Source: Bacteroidota bacterium (GTDB taxonomy: Bacteria > Bacteroidota > Bacteroidia > Bacteroidales > FEN-979). From it: a DNA stretch of 64,000 nucleotides. The notes beneath the pieces were generated by a model, which did no database searches, was not told the DNA's origin, and saw only the letters and a program-made list of their open reading frames with translations. Where the stretch lies: NCBI GenBank assembly GCA_037133475.1, contig JBAXOB010000022.1, forward strand, positions 571 through 64,570, given 5' to 3'. Positions 19,287 to 29,905 of this stretch are shown in pieces (position 1 is the stretch's first letter; every line of letters starts with the position of its first letter). A program made the position numbers and the translations under genes.

Positions 19287-20645
19287 TTAGTTTTTGATCC
19301 ATTGACGCTGAAAGGTACATTGTGTGAAATTGCCCATGATGGCCACATAGGTTTTTTTCAACTTCATGGTGATCCAGTCATCCACCATGGTGTTTTTTTT
19401 CTTTTCCAGCGCCACTTCCTGGATTCGCGCATAGTCCTGTTCCAGGTTCGCCTTGTGGGGACTGGTGCGCGATTTAAGGTAATAAATACGGTAGTCCTGC
19501 TTTCCCCGTTCGGTGGTCAGCACGGGGGCCGACAGGTCACCGACCTTCAGCTTGTCGATCACAAAGAAGATCTTGGCATCGATCTGGCTCGTTTCGAATT
19601 TGCTGTTCCCGGTCACGGGATTCACCATCAGGCCGCCGCTGTTCTTCCCGGGATCATCGGAATAATAGACCACGGCCTGGTCGAAGGTCATCTTCTTTTT
19701 TTCGATCAGGGAGGCAACGCTGTCGAGAAAGACCTTTGCCTTTGTCAGGTTTACCAGCGCCACTTTGGGCTGCAGCAGGATATGCCTCACGTTGATATAT
19801 TCACCGCGGCGTTCAATCATCTGGATGAGGTGAAAGCCATCCTCGGTCTCGACGGTTTCAGAAACCTCGCCGGGTTTCAGTTTGAAGGCTGCCGCTTCGA
19901 ATTCAGGGCGCATCTCACCTCTCTTGAACATGCCGAGTTCGCCTCCCTGCTTGGAGGAACCCGGGTCTTCGGAATAAAGGACGGCGAGCGTGCTGAAATC
20001 ATCTCCCTTGGCAAACCGTTCCCTGAATCCCTTTAATTTATCCCTGACTACCTGTTTCTCTGCATCGCCGATTTCAGGCTGCTTTACAATCATGCCGATC
20101 TCCAGTTCAGAATTGATCAGTGGGATGCTGTCCTTGGGAAGCTTTTTAAAATAGGCCTTCACCTCGGATGGCGTGATCGAAGCATCCTTGGTGATCTTCC
20201 GCTGCTCCTCATCGGTCAGCATCGTCTCCTTGATCATATCCCTGAAATCGTTCTTGATCTCGAGCAGCGACTTCCCGAAATGTTCCTCCAGCCGCTCCGG
20301 CGTACCGGCCTGGGAGATGAAGTAACGCATCCTCCGGTCCATTTCCATTTCAACCTGGGTGTCGGAGATCTTGATACTGTCAACCTGCGCCTGGTGCAGC
20401 AACAGCTTCTGAAGCATCAGGTTTTCAAAAATCTGGCATTTGAGCTTCGTGGCCGTTCCCAGGATATTTCCCTGGCTGCGGACCTGCAGGTATTGATTCT
20501 CGATATCGGATTTCAGAATGACATTCCCCCCAACGACAGCCACCAGGCCATCCACGACGGTGTCGTTCTGTGACCGGGCCATCTTGGGCATCATAGCTGC
20601 CGAGGTAAGAATAATAAAAACCAGTAAAAGGTGCAGAATTTTCAT
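19287..20645 (-). CDS. Periplasmic chaperone / parvulin-type PPIase, SurA-like
   Basis: It has a signal peptide and a SurA-like N-terminus. The parvulin region is GGELGMFKRGEMRPEFEAAAFKLKPGEVS..ETEDGFHLIQ. Confidence 0.8.
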   Translation of the reverse strand: MKILHLLLVFIILTSAAMMPKMARSQNDTVVDGLVAVVGGNVILKSDIENQYLQVRSQGNILGTATKLKCQIFENLMLQKLLLHQAQVDSIKISDTQVEMEMDRRMRYFISQAGTPERLEEHFGKSLLEIKNDFRDMIKETMLTDEEQRKITKDASITPSEVKAYFKKLPKDSIPLINSELEIGMIVKQPEIGDAEKQVVRDKLKGFRERFAKGDDFSTLAVLYSEDPGSSKQGGELGMFKRGEMRPEFEAAAFKLKPGEVSETVETEDGFHLIQMIERRGEYINVRHILLQPKVALVNLTKAKVFLDSVASLIEKKKMTFDQAVVYYSDDPGKNSGGLMVNPVTGNSKFETSQIDAKIFFVIDKLKVGDLSAPVLTTERGKQDYRIYYLKSRTSPHKANLEQDYARIQEVALEKKKNTMVDDWITMKLKKTYVAIMGNFTQCTFQRQWIKN

Positions 20646-20673
20646 TGTTTATAATTTTGGGATCATGATCCCA

Positions 20674-21513
20674 TTAATAGATTTCGAAGACATTTTTCTT
20701 TTGTGCATTGGCAAAGATAAAATCCTGCATACGGCTGATCAGTTCAATCTTACGCTTGTTAAGGATGATATCGCGGATTCTCTGTTTTTCAAAACTCAGC
20801 GGCGAGGTGGATTCCTTGATCTTGAAATCCTTAAATCTAACCAGGTAAACAAACAGCGAATCCTGGTATTCAAGCTCCCGGTGATTTTTCAGGAAATCCT
20901 CCTGGTTGTATGATTTAATAGGGATCTGCTTAAGCAGGTCGCTGAACAACAACCAATTTTGATTATCCAAAAAATAATCGGATGCCTGTTTTTCACAAAG
21001 ATCGGCAAGTTTGTTTTTATCGTCCTGATTATCGGAACTCAGCAGTTTTTTTATCTGCTTCGACCAGGCCGATTTCAACGGCAGTTTCACATACTGAATC
21101 TGCACGATGTTATCTTTCAGCAAAAAATTCTGCTGGTTGGCGTCATAATAATTCTGGATCTCCTCATCCGTCACCAGGGTATCCAGGGTTTGCCTGACCA
21201 GCGCATTTTCATATTCATAGATGGTTAGCGAATTCTTGTAGTTTTCAAGCTGTTTCGTGAAATCGAGCTGTGAACTGGTCAGGTTTTTCTGGGCCTGCTG
21301 CAGGATAAGCCGCTGGCGGATCCAGTTTTCAATAAACCCGCGTGTGATCACAAGACTGTCCTTGGCCAGCGTGCCGGGGGTTACAATCCCCTTTACATCC
21401 GATTCATAAAGATAGTCATTGTAGACCCTTGCTAAAACCCGCTCTGTTTTTTTTTTGAAAAAGGAGGAGCAGGAGGCAGCAAGAATTAAAAGGAAAATAA
21501 GTGTTTTATTCAA
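20674..21513 (-). CDS. Lipoprotein, SurA-N-like chaperone paralogue without a PPIase domain
   Basis: The lipobox is LILAASC. The protein is helical and K/N/Q-rich, and sits between two PPIase-domain genes. The gene is very AT-rich. Confidence 0.5.
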   Translation of the reverse strand: MNKTLIFLLILAASCSSFFKKKTERVLARVYNDYLYESDVKGIVTPGTLAKDSLVITRGFIENWIRQRLILQQAQKNLTSSQLDFTKQLENYKNSLTIYEYENALVRQTLDTLVTDEEIQNYYDANQQNFLLKDNIVQIQYVKLPLKSAWSKQIKKLLSSDNQDDKNKLADLCEKQASDYFLDNQNWLLFSDLLKQIPIKSYNQEDFLKNHRELEYQDSLFVYLVRFKDFKIKESTSPLSFEKQRIRDIILNKRKIELISRMQDFIFANAQKKNVFEIY

Positions 21514-21519
21514 TGGACG

Positions 21520-23511
21520 CTATTTAATTTTTGCAAGCACATCCCGTTTGACCTCAACCGGGTATTTGGCTCTCAATGACAGAATCCATTCTTTTTCAAG
21601 GAAATTCTGGTAGTCGGCCGTGATGAGTCCGCGGGCTTCGTGGAGCTCCTTCACTTCAGGTTTCAACACCTTCCTGACGTTGACAAACACGGTGGTTCCA
21701 TTGCTTACCAGGTCGTGTGACAAGCCGGGTACCCAGGCAATCGTGTCGATCACCCTGTTTTCCTTGTGGCTGAATTTGGCAGTTTCAATGGTCAGTATCT
21801 TTAACGTATCGCCATTGATCTCCTTCAGCAGGTCGGTGTCGGATAATCCCGACTGGATAAAGTTCTTGACTTTCTGGACCAATTTAGCATCCTTGACGGT
21901 ATAGATACTGGCATCAAGGCGGTTGTCCCACATGTAGTTGTTCTTGTTTTTCTGGTAAAAGTCCTTGAGGCCCACGGTATCTTTAACTGCTTTTGACCAT
22001 ACCTTCTGGTCGGTAAGGTCAAAGAGGAGAATCCCGTCGCGGTATTCGGTCATCAGCGCCTTAAATTCAGGATATTTGGACTCGAGCTGTGAATTTTCCC
22101 ATTTCAGGAGGCTTTCATCAACAAACTCGGAATACTGTTTGTTCACGTAATAGTCGATCTTCATTTTATCCTGCTTATGCTGGTTTGTGGCAAGGAAGTC
22201 GGCAAAATCCTTTTGTAAAAAGGACATGTTGCCAACCTTGCAGAGCACCTTTGTAAGATCCTTAGCCTGTGACGCCTGCCATTTTCCGAAAAAGATGCTG
22301 TCGGTAACCACCTTGTAGAATTCTTTGAGGGCTTCCTGGTTGTCGGTTACCGGGTAATCCTTGCGGATCCGGGCAAGCACAACCGCGCGGGTCTGGTTTC
22401 CGCGGCTGTCTTTAATGACTTTTTGTTTCAGTTCAGCCTTTTCCTCATCAAGTGTCCGGGTGGTTTTTTTCTCGATCAGTTTAACGATATGCCAGCCATA
22501 AGGTGTCAGGATTGGTTTGGTATAATCGCCGGCATTATTCAGTGAATAGATGGCATCCACGAATTCAGGGACCATCCTGTTAACGCCGAAGGCTGGCAAC
22601 ACGCCACCCTTGGCGGCCGAGCCCTTGTCTTCGGAATTGGCCTTTACCAGATCTTCAAAGTTTCCGCCGGCAACCAAACGCTGGTAGACGGAATCGATAC
22701 GCTTGTGGACCCTTGCTGAATCCTCGCTGGTAGCGCTTTTAGGAATACTCATAAAGATATGGGCAACGGTAACCTTGCCCAAAGCAGGCCGGCGGGCTGT
22801 CACCTTGATCAGGTGATAGCCATATTCGGTATGCACCAGGCTGGACACCTTCCCTACTTCGGTATTATAAGCCCCGTTTTCAAAGGGATATACCATGTCA
22901 AACACGGCAAAAAAGCCAAGATCACCGTGGTTGCCTTTCAGGAAAGGATGCTGCTGGTTGGCTTCGCGATCCTTGGCCGAGGGATCTTCGGAGAATTCGG
23001 TTGCGAGCGCTTCAAACGATTCGCCCTTTAACAGTTTTTCCCTGACCGACATGGCTTTGTTGTAGGCGGCTAGGGTATCTTCAGGAGTGGGTTCAGGTTT
23101 CAGCCGGAAGAAGATATGGCTGGCGCGGAGATCGGTTTTCCCGCGTTCATAGGCCTCCTGGATCAGATGGTTAAGGGTAGCCTCATCGGTAAAATAGGGT
23201 TTTGCAAGCTGATCACGGTAACCGTTGAGCTCATTGCGGAAAGAGCTGACGGTATCGAGTCCGAGTTCCTCTGCCTGCCTGACCTTAAGTTTGAAATTGA
23301 TGAACAGGTCAAGGTACTCTTCCAATGACTTTTTATCAATAGTTTCGCCCTTGATATTATTTTTCTGGTATATGTTCATAAATTCCCCTACCTGAACCGG
23401 CTTCCCGGCAATGGTCATGAGCACTTCCTCATTTTTAACCTGGGCAGATGCCGTAATAAACGAGACGAGTAATAAAAGCGACAGTACAATTTTTCCTTTC
23501 AGGCTATTCAT
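21520..23511 (-). CDS. Large periplasmic PPIC (parvulin)-type peptidyl-prolyl isomerase, PpiD/SurA-like
   Basis: It has a signal peptide and two parvulin-like regions (..GDLGFFAVFDMVYPFENGAY..TEYGYHLIKV and ..GGVLPAFGVNRMVPEFVDAIY..TPYGWHIVKL). Confidence 0.8.
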   Translation of the reverse strand: MNSLKGKIVLSLLLLVSFITASAQVKNEEVLMTIAGKPVQVGEFMNIYQKNNIKGETIDKKSLEEYLDLFINFKLKVRQAEELGLDTVSSFRNELNGYRDQLAKPYFTDEATLNHLIQEAYERGKTDLRASHIFFRLKPEPTPEDTLAAYNKAMSVREKLLKGESFEALATEFSEDPSAKDREANQQHPFLKGNHGDLGFFAVFDMVYPFENGAYNTEVGKVSSLVHTEYGYHLIKVTARRPALGKVTVAHIFMSIPKSATSEDSARVHKRIDSVYQRLVAGGNFEDLVKANSEDKGSAAKGGVLPAFGVNRMVPEFVDAIYSLNNAGDYTKPILTPYGWHIVKLIEKKTTRTLDEEKAELKQKVIKDSRGNQTRAVVLARIRKDYPVTDNQEALKEFYKVVTDSIFFGKWQASQAKDLTKVLCKVGNMSFLQKDFADFLATNQHKQDKMKIDYYVNKQYSEFVDESLLKWENSQLESKYPEFKALMTEYRDGILLFDLTDQKVWSKAVKDTVGLKDFYQKNKNNYMWDNRLDASIYTVKDAKLVQKVKNFIQSGLSDTDLLKEINGDTLKILTIETAKFSHKENRVIDTIAWVPGLSHDLVSNGTTVFVNVRKVLKPEVKELHEARGLITADYQNFLEKEWILSLRAKYPVEVKRDVLAKIK

Positions 23512-23599
23512 TTTTTAACGGTATTTTAGTTCGACAATTAGACTAACGACAAGAATCCTAATTAATTTTATTTGAAAATATTATTGGTTTATAAACCGT

Positions 23600-25075
23600 T
23601 TACCTGCTGTAATTGGGTGCTTCACTGATGATGGTAACATCGTGCGGATGGCTTTCGGCAACACCGGCTGCAGAAATTTTGATAAACTTGGCCTGTTGCA
23701 GGTTGCCGATGGTCTGCGACCCGGTATAGCCCATGCCCGCCTTAAGGCCTCCAACCATCTGGTAGATTACCTCTGAAAGAGAGCCCTTGTAGGGAACCCT
23801 GCCGACGATACCTTCCGGGACAAGCTTCTTGATGTCGTCCTCCACATCCTGGAAATAGCGGTCCTTGGAGCCCTGCTGCATGGCTTCAATAGAGCCCATG
23901 CCACGGTATGTCTTGAATTTCCGGCCTTCAAAGATCACGGTTGCTCCGGGCGATTCATCCACGCCGGCGAACAAAGAGCCTGCCATGATCGAATGAGCTC
24001 CGCCTGCCAGCGCTTTCACGATGTCGCCGGTATACCTGATGCCGCCATCGGCGATGGCCGGGACACCGCTGCCTTTCAAGGCAGCCGTGACATCATAGAT
24101 GGCCGAAAGCTGGGGAACCCCGATCCCGGCAATAATGCGGGTAGTACAGATCGATCCGGGACCGATCCCGATCTTGACCCCGTCAACACCCAGTTTGGCC
24201 AGGTCCCTGGCTGCCTCGGCCGTGCCGATGTTGCCAATGATCAGGTCCACGTCGGGATAGGCTGCTTTTACGCGCTTAGCCATCTCCATCACGCCGCGCG
24301 AATGGCCGTGCGCCGTATCGATCACGATGGCATCCACGTTTTCACGCACCAGGGCGGCAACCCGCTCCAGGGTGTCGGCCGTAACCCCCACCCCTGCTGC
24401 TACGCGAAGCCGTCCGAGACTGTCCTTGCAGGCATTCGGCCGCGCCTTGACCTTCAGGATATCCTTGTAGGTGATCAGCCCGATCAGCTTGTTTTGCTTG
24501 TCAACAACCGGCAGCTTTTCAATCTTGTGCTGCTGCAGGATCGCCTCGGCCTGTTCGAAATCGGTGAACTCGCTGATGGTGATGACGTTTTTGGTCATCA
24601 CCTCGGTGACGGGCCTCATATGGTCGCGTTCGAAGCGGAGGTCACGGTTGGTCACGATACCAACCAGTTTGTTATGGTCGTTGGTGACGGGGATGCCGCC
24701 GATGCTGAATTCCTTCATCATCGCCAGGGCATCGCCCACGAGGGCATTTTCGCGCAGGGTTACAGGTTGTAGGATCATCCCGTTTTCGGCACGTTTTACC
24801 TTTCGTACCTGCAAGGCCTGATCTTCGATCGACATGTTCTTGTGCAAAACGCCGATTCCACCCTCCTGGGCCATGGCAATCGCCATGCGCGATTCGGTCA
24901 CCGTATCCATGGCAGCCGAAACAATGGGAATATTCAGTCTGATATTTCTGGAAAAGAGGGTGGAAACGTCCACCTCCCGCGGAAGTACTTCGGAATAGGC
25001 AGGTACAAGCAACACATCGTCATATGTCAACCCCTCACCCCTGAATTTATCTGAATTTAGGAACATATGTATCAA
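23600..25075 (-). CDS. guaB: IMP dehydrogenase
   Basis: [11 protein letters not shown], a CBS pair and the catalytic loop [11 protein letters not shown] are present, ending ..APNYSR. The start could instead be the ATG at 25066. Confidence 0.95.
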   Translation of the reverse strand: MIHMFLNSDKFRGEGLTYDDVLLVPAYSEVLPREVDVSTLFSRNIRLNIPIVSAAMDTVTESRMAIAMAQEGGIGVLHKNMSIEDQALQVRKVKRAENGMILQPVTLRENALVGDALAMMKEFSIGGIPVTNDHNKLVGIVTNRDLRFERDHMRPVTEVMTKNVITISEFTDFEQAEAILQQHKIEKLPVVDKQNKLIGLITYKDILKVKARPNACKDSLGRLRVAAGVGVTADTLERVAALVRENVDAIVIDTAHGHSRGVMEMAKRVKAAYPDVDLIIGNIGTAEAARDLAKLGVDGVKIGIGPGSICTTRIIAGIGVPQLSAIYDVTAALKGSGVPAIADGGIRYTGDIVKALAGGAHSIMAGSLFAGVDESPGATVIFEGRKFKTYRGMGSIEAMQQGSKDRYFQDVEDDIKKLVPEGIVGRVPYKGSLSEVIYQMVGGLKAGMGYTGSQTIGNLQQAKFIKISAAGVAESHPHDVTIISEAPNYSR

Positions 25076-25212
25076 AATTAAGTGTGCAAATGTACGAAAT
25101 TTTCTAATTTAAAATGATTATAATAAAAACTGCAGGACCCACTCCCGACCCCCTGCCTGTATGGGCGCAGGGGCCGGAAATGGGTGCTGCCGGGGTCTCA
25201 AAAAATCAGGAA

Positions 25213-26703
25213 TCAGGGATATAATTCGCGGTGACATTCGGTACAGAAAAAGGTCTTCCATTTATCCTTGATATCGATCGGATGCTGGAATTCCATCTGG
25301 TTGTCGACAGTGGAATACTGCATTTTTCCGGTCGGTCCCTGGGCAATGATGGTATGGCACATGTTGCAGTCCTTGGGAATCACCTTTCCCTTCTCGCTTT
25401 TGTGGCGGTCGGAATGGCATCTGAAACAGCCGTCCGACTCCAGGTGGCCGATATGGTTGAGATATTTGTTGGAGGAGGCGCGCATGTAAGGAAACACGTT
25501 CAGAGAAAAGGCGCTTTCGATCCCCGCGATGGCCTTGTCGATCAACGGCTTTTGCGATTTATATATGGAAGGATACCCGTGTTTATAAAAATTGTTGATA
25601 CTGTCGCGGATGTAGGTGAAGGCCGAATCCTGGTTGCTGAAGTTGCCCTTCAGTACATTCATGGCCACCTTTTTGATAAACGGGAGTTCCTGGGGAATAT
25701 CGCCGGTGAGCATGGCATTGTCAAAATAGACGATAGGCGATTTATAGGAATGCGACGGGCGGTTATGGCAGTCCATGCAGTCCATGACCCGGTGCGGCAG
25801 GGTGTCGATTGCCTTTTTATCCAGCATATTATCGGTATCCTGGAAGATCTGAACATCGCCGGTCTTCAGGTTGGTGTACTTTACCCAGGGAATCGATTCC
25901 CGGTCCTTGCCCGGGGAGATATATTCAATCCGCATATCGGAGTTGATATGCCAGTGGATACCCTCTTTCAGGCCCAGGGGGCTGTAATTGGGGCCGATCT
26001 TCATCAGCATGGAATAGTTGATCTCGGTATTCAGCGAATCGGTAAGATAAACCCGCTGGCTGCGGAGTTTCCTGGCATAGAATTTCTGCGGCCAGTGACA
26101 GCGTTCGCAGGTTTCGCGGGCAGGGCGCAGGTTATGGATCGGCGTTTCGATCGGCTGCGAATATTTGTGGAAGATCACCGAATAAACCTGGTATAATCCC
26201 GACAGTTTAGACTTCACATACCATCCGGCCCCCTCGCCCACGTGACACTCGACGCAGGCAACGCGTGCATGCGGAGAATGCAGGTAGGTGACATATTCCG
26301 GCTCCATCACCTTGTGACAGAGCTTGCCGCAGAACTCAACCGACTCGGTATAGTTGAAGGCCTCATAACTACCCATGGCCGAAACGATCAGGAACATAAA
26401 GGTGAAGATCGAAATCATCACCAGCTTCTGCCGCTGGCGGGGAACATTCATGTCGAGAACCGGCCAGCGCTGGCTCGGATCATGCGTTTTTTTACGGTTG
26501 ATCAGCATCCCGACCGGGATCATCAGTAAACCGATCACCATGATCGTGGGGAGAATGATGTAGGTGAATATCCCGTTATAGGGATTCTGATGTTCGGTCA
26601 TCAGCGCCTGGACAAATAATACCAGGATGAGAATCAGACTGTTGATGGCAAAAATAAAACCGGTGATACTGATCCAGTTCGAAATGGATTTTGGTAATTT
26701 CAT
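25213..26703 (-). CDS. Membrane-anchored multiheme c-type cytochrome (NapC/NirT-like N-terminus, 7 heme motifs)
   Basis: Three N-terminal hydrophobic helices are present. Six CxxCH motifs are seen (CVECH, CERCH, CMDCH, CFRCH, CNMCH, CTECH). One CX3CH (CGKLCH, nt 26314-26331) lies in the EFCxxCHxM-like position. Confidence 0.85.
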   Translation of the reverse strand: MKLPKSISNWISITGFIFAINSLILILVLFVQALMTEHQNPYNGIFTYIILPTIMVIGLLMIPVGMLINRKKTHDPSQRWPVLDMNVPRQRQKLVMISIFTFMFLIVSAMGSYEAFNYTESVEFCGKLCHKVMEPEYVTYLHSPHARVACVECHVGEGAGWYVKSKLSGLYQVYSVIFHKYSQPIETPIHNLRPARETCERCHWPQKFYARKLRSQRVYLTDSLNTEINYSMLMKIGPNYSPLGLKEGIHWHINSDMRIEYISPGKDRESIPWVKYTNLKTGDVQIFQDTDNMLDKKAIDTLPHRVMDCMDCHNRPSHSYKSPIVYFDNAMLTGDIPQELPFIKKVAMNVLKGNFSNQDSAFTYIRDSINNFYKHGYPSIYKSQKPLIDKAIAGIESAFSLNVFPYMRASSNKYLNHIGHLESDGCFRCHSDRHKSEKGKVIPKDCNMCHTIIAQGPTGKMQYSTVDNQMEFQHPIDIKDKWKTFFCTECHRELYP

Positions 26704-27108
26704 ATTTGTTTTTAATTTAGAATGTTTCTATTTAACATGCTGTAAATGAGCAGATAAAATTACTCATAATTCTGACAAATCAAAGCGGACTCTCTTTTAT
26801 TTGTGAAAAAATAAACATGAAATTATTCATGCCTGAAATGCTATTCCCTGGCTTCCACTGATTTATTTTATATTTCCAGAGAATGATTGATCTCAATCAT
26901 ACCGGTTTCCGGATATGTTGGCAAAATCATGTCGTGACCTGTTATGGGACTTTACGGGTAATCGCATAATCAAGAGATACAGAATAATACCCTGAAAAAA
27001 GTTATGGATTTTTTTTTACCAGGCTCTTGACATTAGTTCAATATTCATTATATTTACAGGTAAATTCCTAATCCTGTAATTATTATAAAATATCATGGAG
27101 GTAATCTT

Positions 27109-29229
27109 ATGAAACGTCATTTAATTAAACACTTGGTTATTTTCTGGATTTTCCTGTTTACAGCCATCAGTTTCCATTCATTCTCACAGGGGAGCGGCAC
27201 CTTCAGGGCCGTAAACGACACGATCGACCTGTATCCCGGCTTCAACAAGGTATACGACATCCTTGCCAACGACACCATCCCGGCAGGTGACACCATCAGG
27301 TTCGTTATTATCAGCAGTCCCGGCGGGCATGTCAGCTGCATGCCGGTTCACGATGCAAGCTGGAAATGGACATTTACCTTCATTATCCACAACTGGGGGA
27401 ATCCGCCGGTACTGGTTGCAAGGTACAAGTTGTACACGATGACGAATGATACCACCTCGGCTCAGATAATTTACAGGATCCATGACAAAAGTTATGCCTA
27501 TCTCAATATTAACAATGTCAATGCAAGGTTTAACGCAACCTCCCCGCACTTCTTCTATGAGAATGCGGCATACGAGGTTCCCAAGGGAAGCGGCAAGACC
27601 TCGATCTTTTCAAATTCCATCTGGATCGGGGGAAAAGACGCTCAAAAGCGGCTTCATTTCGCCGGCGAGCGTTACCTGCAGGGAGCCGGCGGCCCGGCCG
27701 GAGTCTCTCCCGACTTCTATGTCGGCCCGGTAATGGATTCAGCCAACTATTCCATCACCCAGGACACTGCCTGGAGCTACATGTGGAACTTAAAGAAAAC
27801 GGATATAGATTATCATAAGGCAAACTACAATACGCCGGGATATAAACCCATTCACGACATCCTTACCTGGCCCGGCAACGGCAATACGGCACTGGGACAG
27901 GCGCCGAAGCTCGCCCCATTCTTCGACCGCAACGGGGATGGCATTTACAACCCCTATGATGGCGATTATCCCATCATCAGGGGAGACCAGGCCCTCTTCT
28001 TCATTTTCAATGACGACAGGGGTATGCATCTTGAATCGGCGGGAAATAAACTCAGAGTTGAGATCCATGGGATGGCCTATGCCTTTGACATGCCCGAAGA
28101 TTCGGCGCTGAAAAACACCACCTTCCTGAATTACAAATTTTATAACCGTTCGCTGAACACTTACGACAGCACCATGTTCGGAATCTTCACCGATATCGAC
28201 CTGGGATATGCCATGGATGATTACATTGGTTGCGATGTCGAACGGAACATGTATTTCGGGTACAATGGCACGCCGGTCGATGGCACCGGGCAATCCTACG
28301 CATATGGGGCCAATCCCCCCGTGCAATCGGTAACCCTCCTGGCCGGGCCCTTTATGGACCCCGACGGTCTTGACAATCCCCGTTTCGGACCCACCGGCGC
28401 CCGTTTGTGCGATTTCAGTGTGAACGGGATCAATTTCGGAGACTCCATCATCGATAACGAACGATACGGTTTACAGCGGTTTATCTACACAAATAATTCG
28501 AATGCCGGGGTACCTGGCTATATGACAGATCCCATATACGCACCCGAATATTACAACCTGATGTGCGGAAAATGGAAGGATGGAACGACCATGATCTACG
28601 GGGGAAACGGCCACGCAGGATTTGGCGGGTATGGCCCCGAATGCCGGTTTATGTTTCCCGGCGAATCGGACACCCTGAACTGGGGTACCGGTTGCGTGCC
28701 TCCCAACGGGCCGAAGAACTGGACGGAAGAAACCGCCGGTAACACTCCGCAAGACATCCGTGGTCTCGGCGTTACCGGGCCCGTTACCTTCAAGCCCGGC
28801 GATGTCCAGGATATCGATATCGCCTTCAGCTGGGCCCGCGACTGGGGTCCTAAAACCCCCTCCACTTCACTGGCAAAACTCAGGCAGATGGTCGATATCG
28901 TCAACAAGGCCTTTACCACCAACAAGCTCCCCAACGGCAAGCCATTCAATGGCATCAACGACCACAGCGGGGCATATGAAAATATGGTTAAAATTTACCC
29001 GAATCCATCGCCGGGGCAGTTTACCATCGACTTTGGCGCGGAACCCATGGCGGGAACCACCCCGGTCAGCATCCTGACAAGCCAGGGAGGCTGTGTTAAA
29101 ACCATAAACGTTGCCCGTGGCAGCCAGACCGTCCGTGCAGATCTTTCAGATCTCCCAGCGGGCCTTTACCTGGTCTCCTTCCTGACGCGCGATAGCCGGG
29201 TTGTTAAAAAGGTCATCATTCTCCATTGA
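27109..29229 (+). CDS. T9SS-secreted protein of unknown function (type A C-terminal sorting domain)
   Basis: It has a signal peptide. The C-terminal ~80 aa (KIYPNPSPGQFTIDF...LPAGLYLVSFLTRDSRVVKKVIILH) is a typical Por/T9SS CTD. The N-terminal motif YDILANDTIPAGDTI is cadherin-like. Confidence 0.75.
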   Translation: MKRHLIKHLVIFWIFLFTAISFHSFSQGSGTFRAVNDTIDLYPGFNKVYDILANDTIPAGDTIRFVIISSPGGHVSCMPVHDASWKWTFTFIIHNWGNPPVLVARYKLYTMTNDTTSAQIIYRIHDKSYAYLNINNVNARFNATSPHFFYENAAYEVPKGSGKTSIFSNSIWIGGKDAQKRLHFAGERYLQGAGGPAGVSPDFYVGPVMDSANYSITQDTAWSYMWNLKKTDIDYHKANYNTPGYKPIHDILTWPGNGNTALGQAPKLAPFFDRNGDGIYNPYDGDYPIIRGDQALFFIFNDDRGMHLESAGNKLRVEIHGMAYAFDMPEDSALKNTTFLNYKFYNRSLNTYDSTMFGIFTDIDLGYAMDDYIGCDVERNMYFGYNGTPVDGTGQSYAYGANPPVQSVTLLAGPFMDPDGLDNPRFGPTGARLCDFSVNGINFGDSIIDNERYGLQRFIYTNNSNAGVPGYMTDPIYAPEYYNLMCGKWKDGTTMIYGGNGHAGFGGYGPECRFMFPGESDTLNWGTGCVPPNGPKNWTEETAGNTPQDIRGLGVTGPVTFKPGDVQDIDIAFSWARDWGPKTPSTSLAKLRQMVDIVNKAFTTNKLPNGKPFNGINDHSGAYENMVKIYPNPSPGQFTIDFGAEPMAGTTPVSILTSQGGCVKTINVARGSQTVRADLSDLPAGLYLVSFLTRDSRVVKKVIILH

Positions 29230-29265
29230 TTCGTCGAAAAGCGCTAAACCAGGAAAAATAGTATT

Positions 29266-29901
29266 ATGCGAAAAATTCTGCTGTTCTTCCTGGTAGCGCT
29301 CGTTTCTTCCTACCTTCCCGCGCAGGTCATTCCCGACCAGTCGATGCTGATGGCCCATGCCCCGCCTGCCTTCCGGGCCACCTTTAAGACCACGAAGGGC
29401 GATTTTACCATCGAGGTGATACGGGCATGGTCACCCCTGGCCGCCGACCGCTTGTACCAGCTGCTGAAAACAGGTTTTTACCAGGGGAACAGCCTCTTCA
29501 GGGTTCAGAAGGACTACGTGGTCCAGTTTGGCATCAGCGACCTGAAAGAGGTTAATTTTTTCTGGGACAGGCGTCCCATATATGACGAGCCTGTTGCCGG
29601 CCATAACCTTCGCGGCACCCTCTCCTTTGCCCGCGACGGGATGGTAAGCCGCACCACCCAGCTGTTCATCAACATGAAAGATAATTTCAAACTCGACACG
29701 GTGGGTTTCAACGGGCTTCACGGCTTCCCTCCCGTAGCCCGGATCATTGCAGGGTTTGAGGTGGCGACCTCGTTCTTTGGCGGTTACGGCTTTGAACCCG
29801 CCAACTACCAGGATTCGGTGATGATCCACGGCAACAGCTTCCTGAAGCCGAAATTTCCCGAACTCGACAGGATCCTCGAAACGGTAATCCTCGGCGAATA
29901 A
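29266..29901 (+). CDS. Cyclophilin-type peptidyl-prolyl cis-trans isomerase, secreted
   Basis: It has a signal peptide. Cyclophilin segments are GFYQGNSLFRVQKDYVVQFG and GTLSFARDG...TQLFINMKDN. Confidence 0.8.
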   Translation: MRKILLFFLVALVSSYLPAQVIPDQSMLMAHAPPAFRATFKTTKGDFTIEVIRAWSPLAADRLYQLLKTGFYQGNSLFRVQKDYVVQFGISDLKEVNFFWDRRPIYDEPVAGHNLRGTLSFARDGMVSRTTQLFINMKDNFKLDTVGFNGLHGFPPVARIIAGFEVATSFFGGYGFEPANYQDSVMIHGNSFLKPKFPELDRILETVILGE

Positions 29902-29905
29902 AGGC

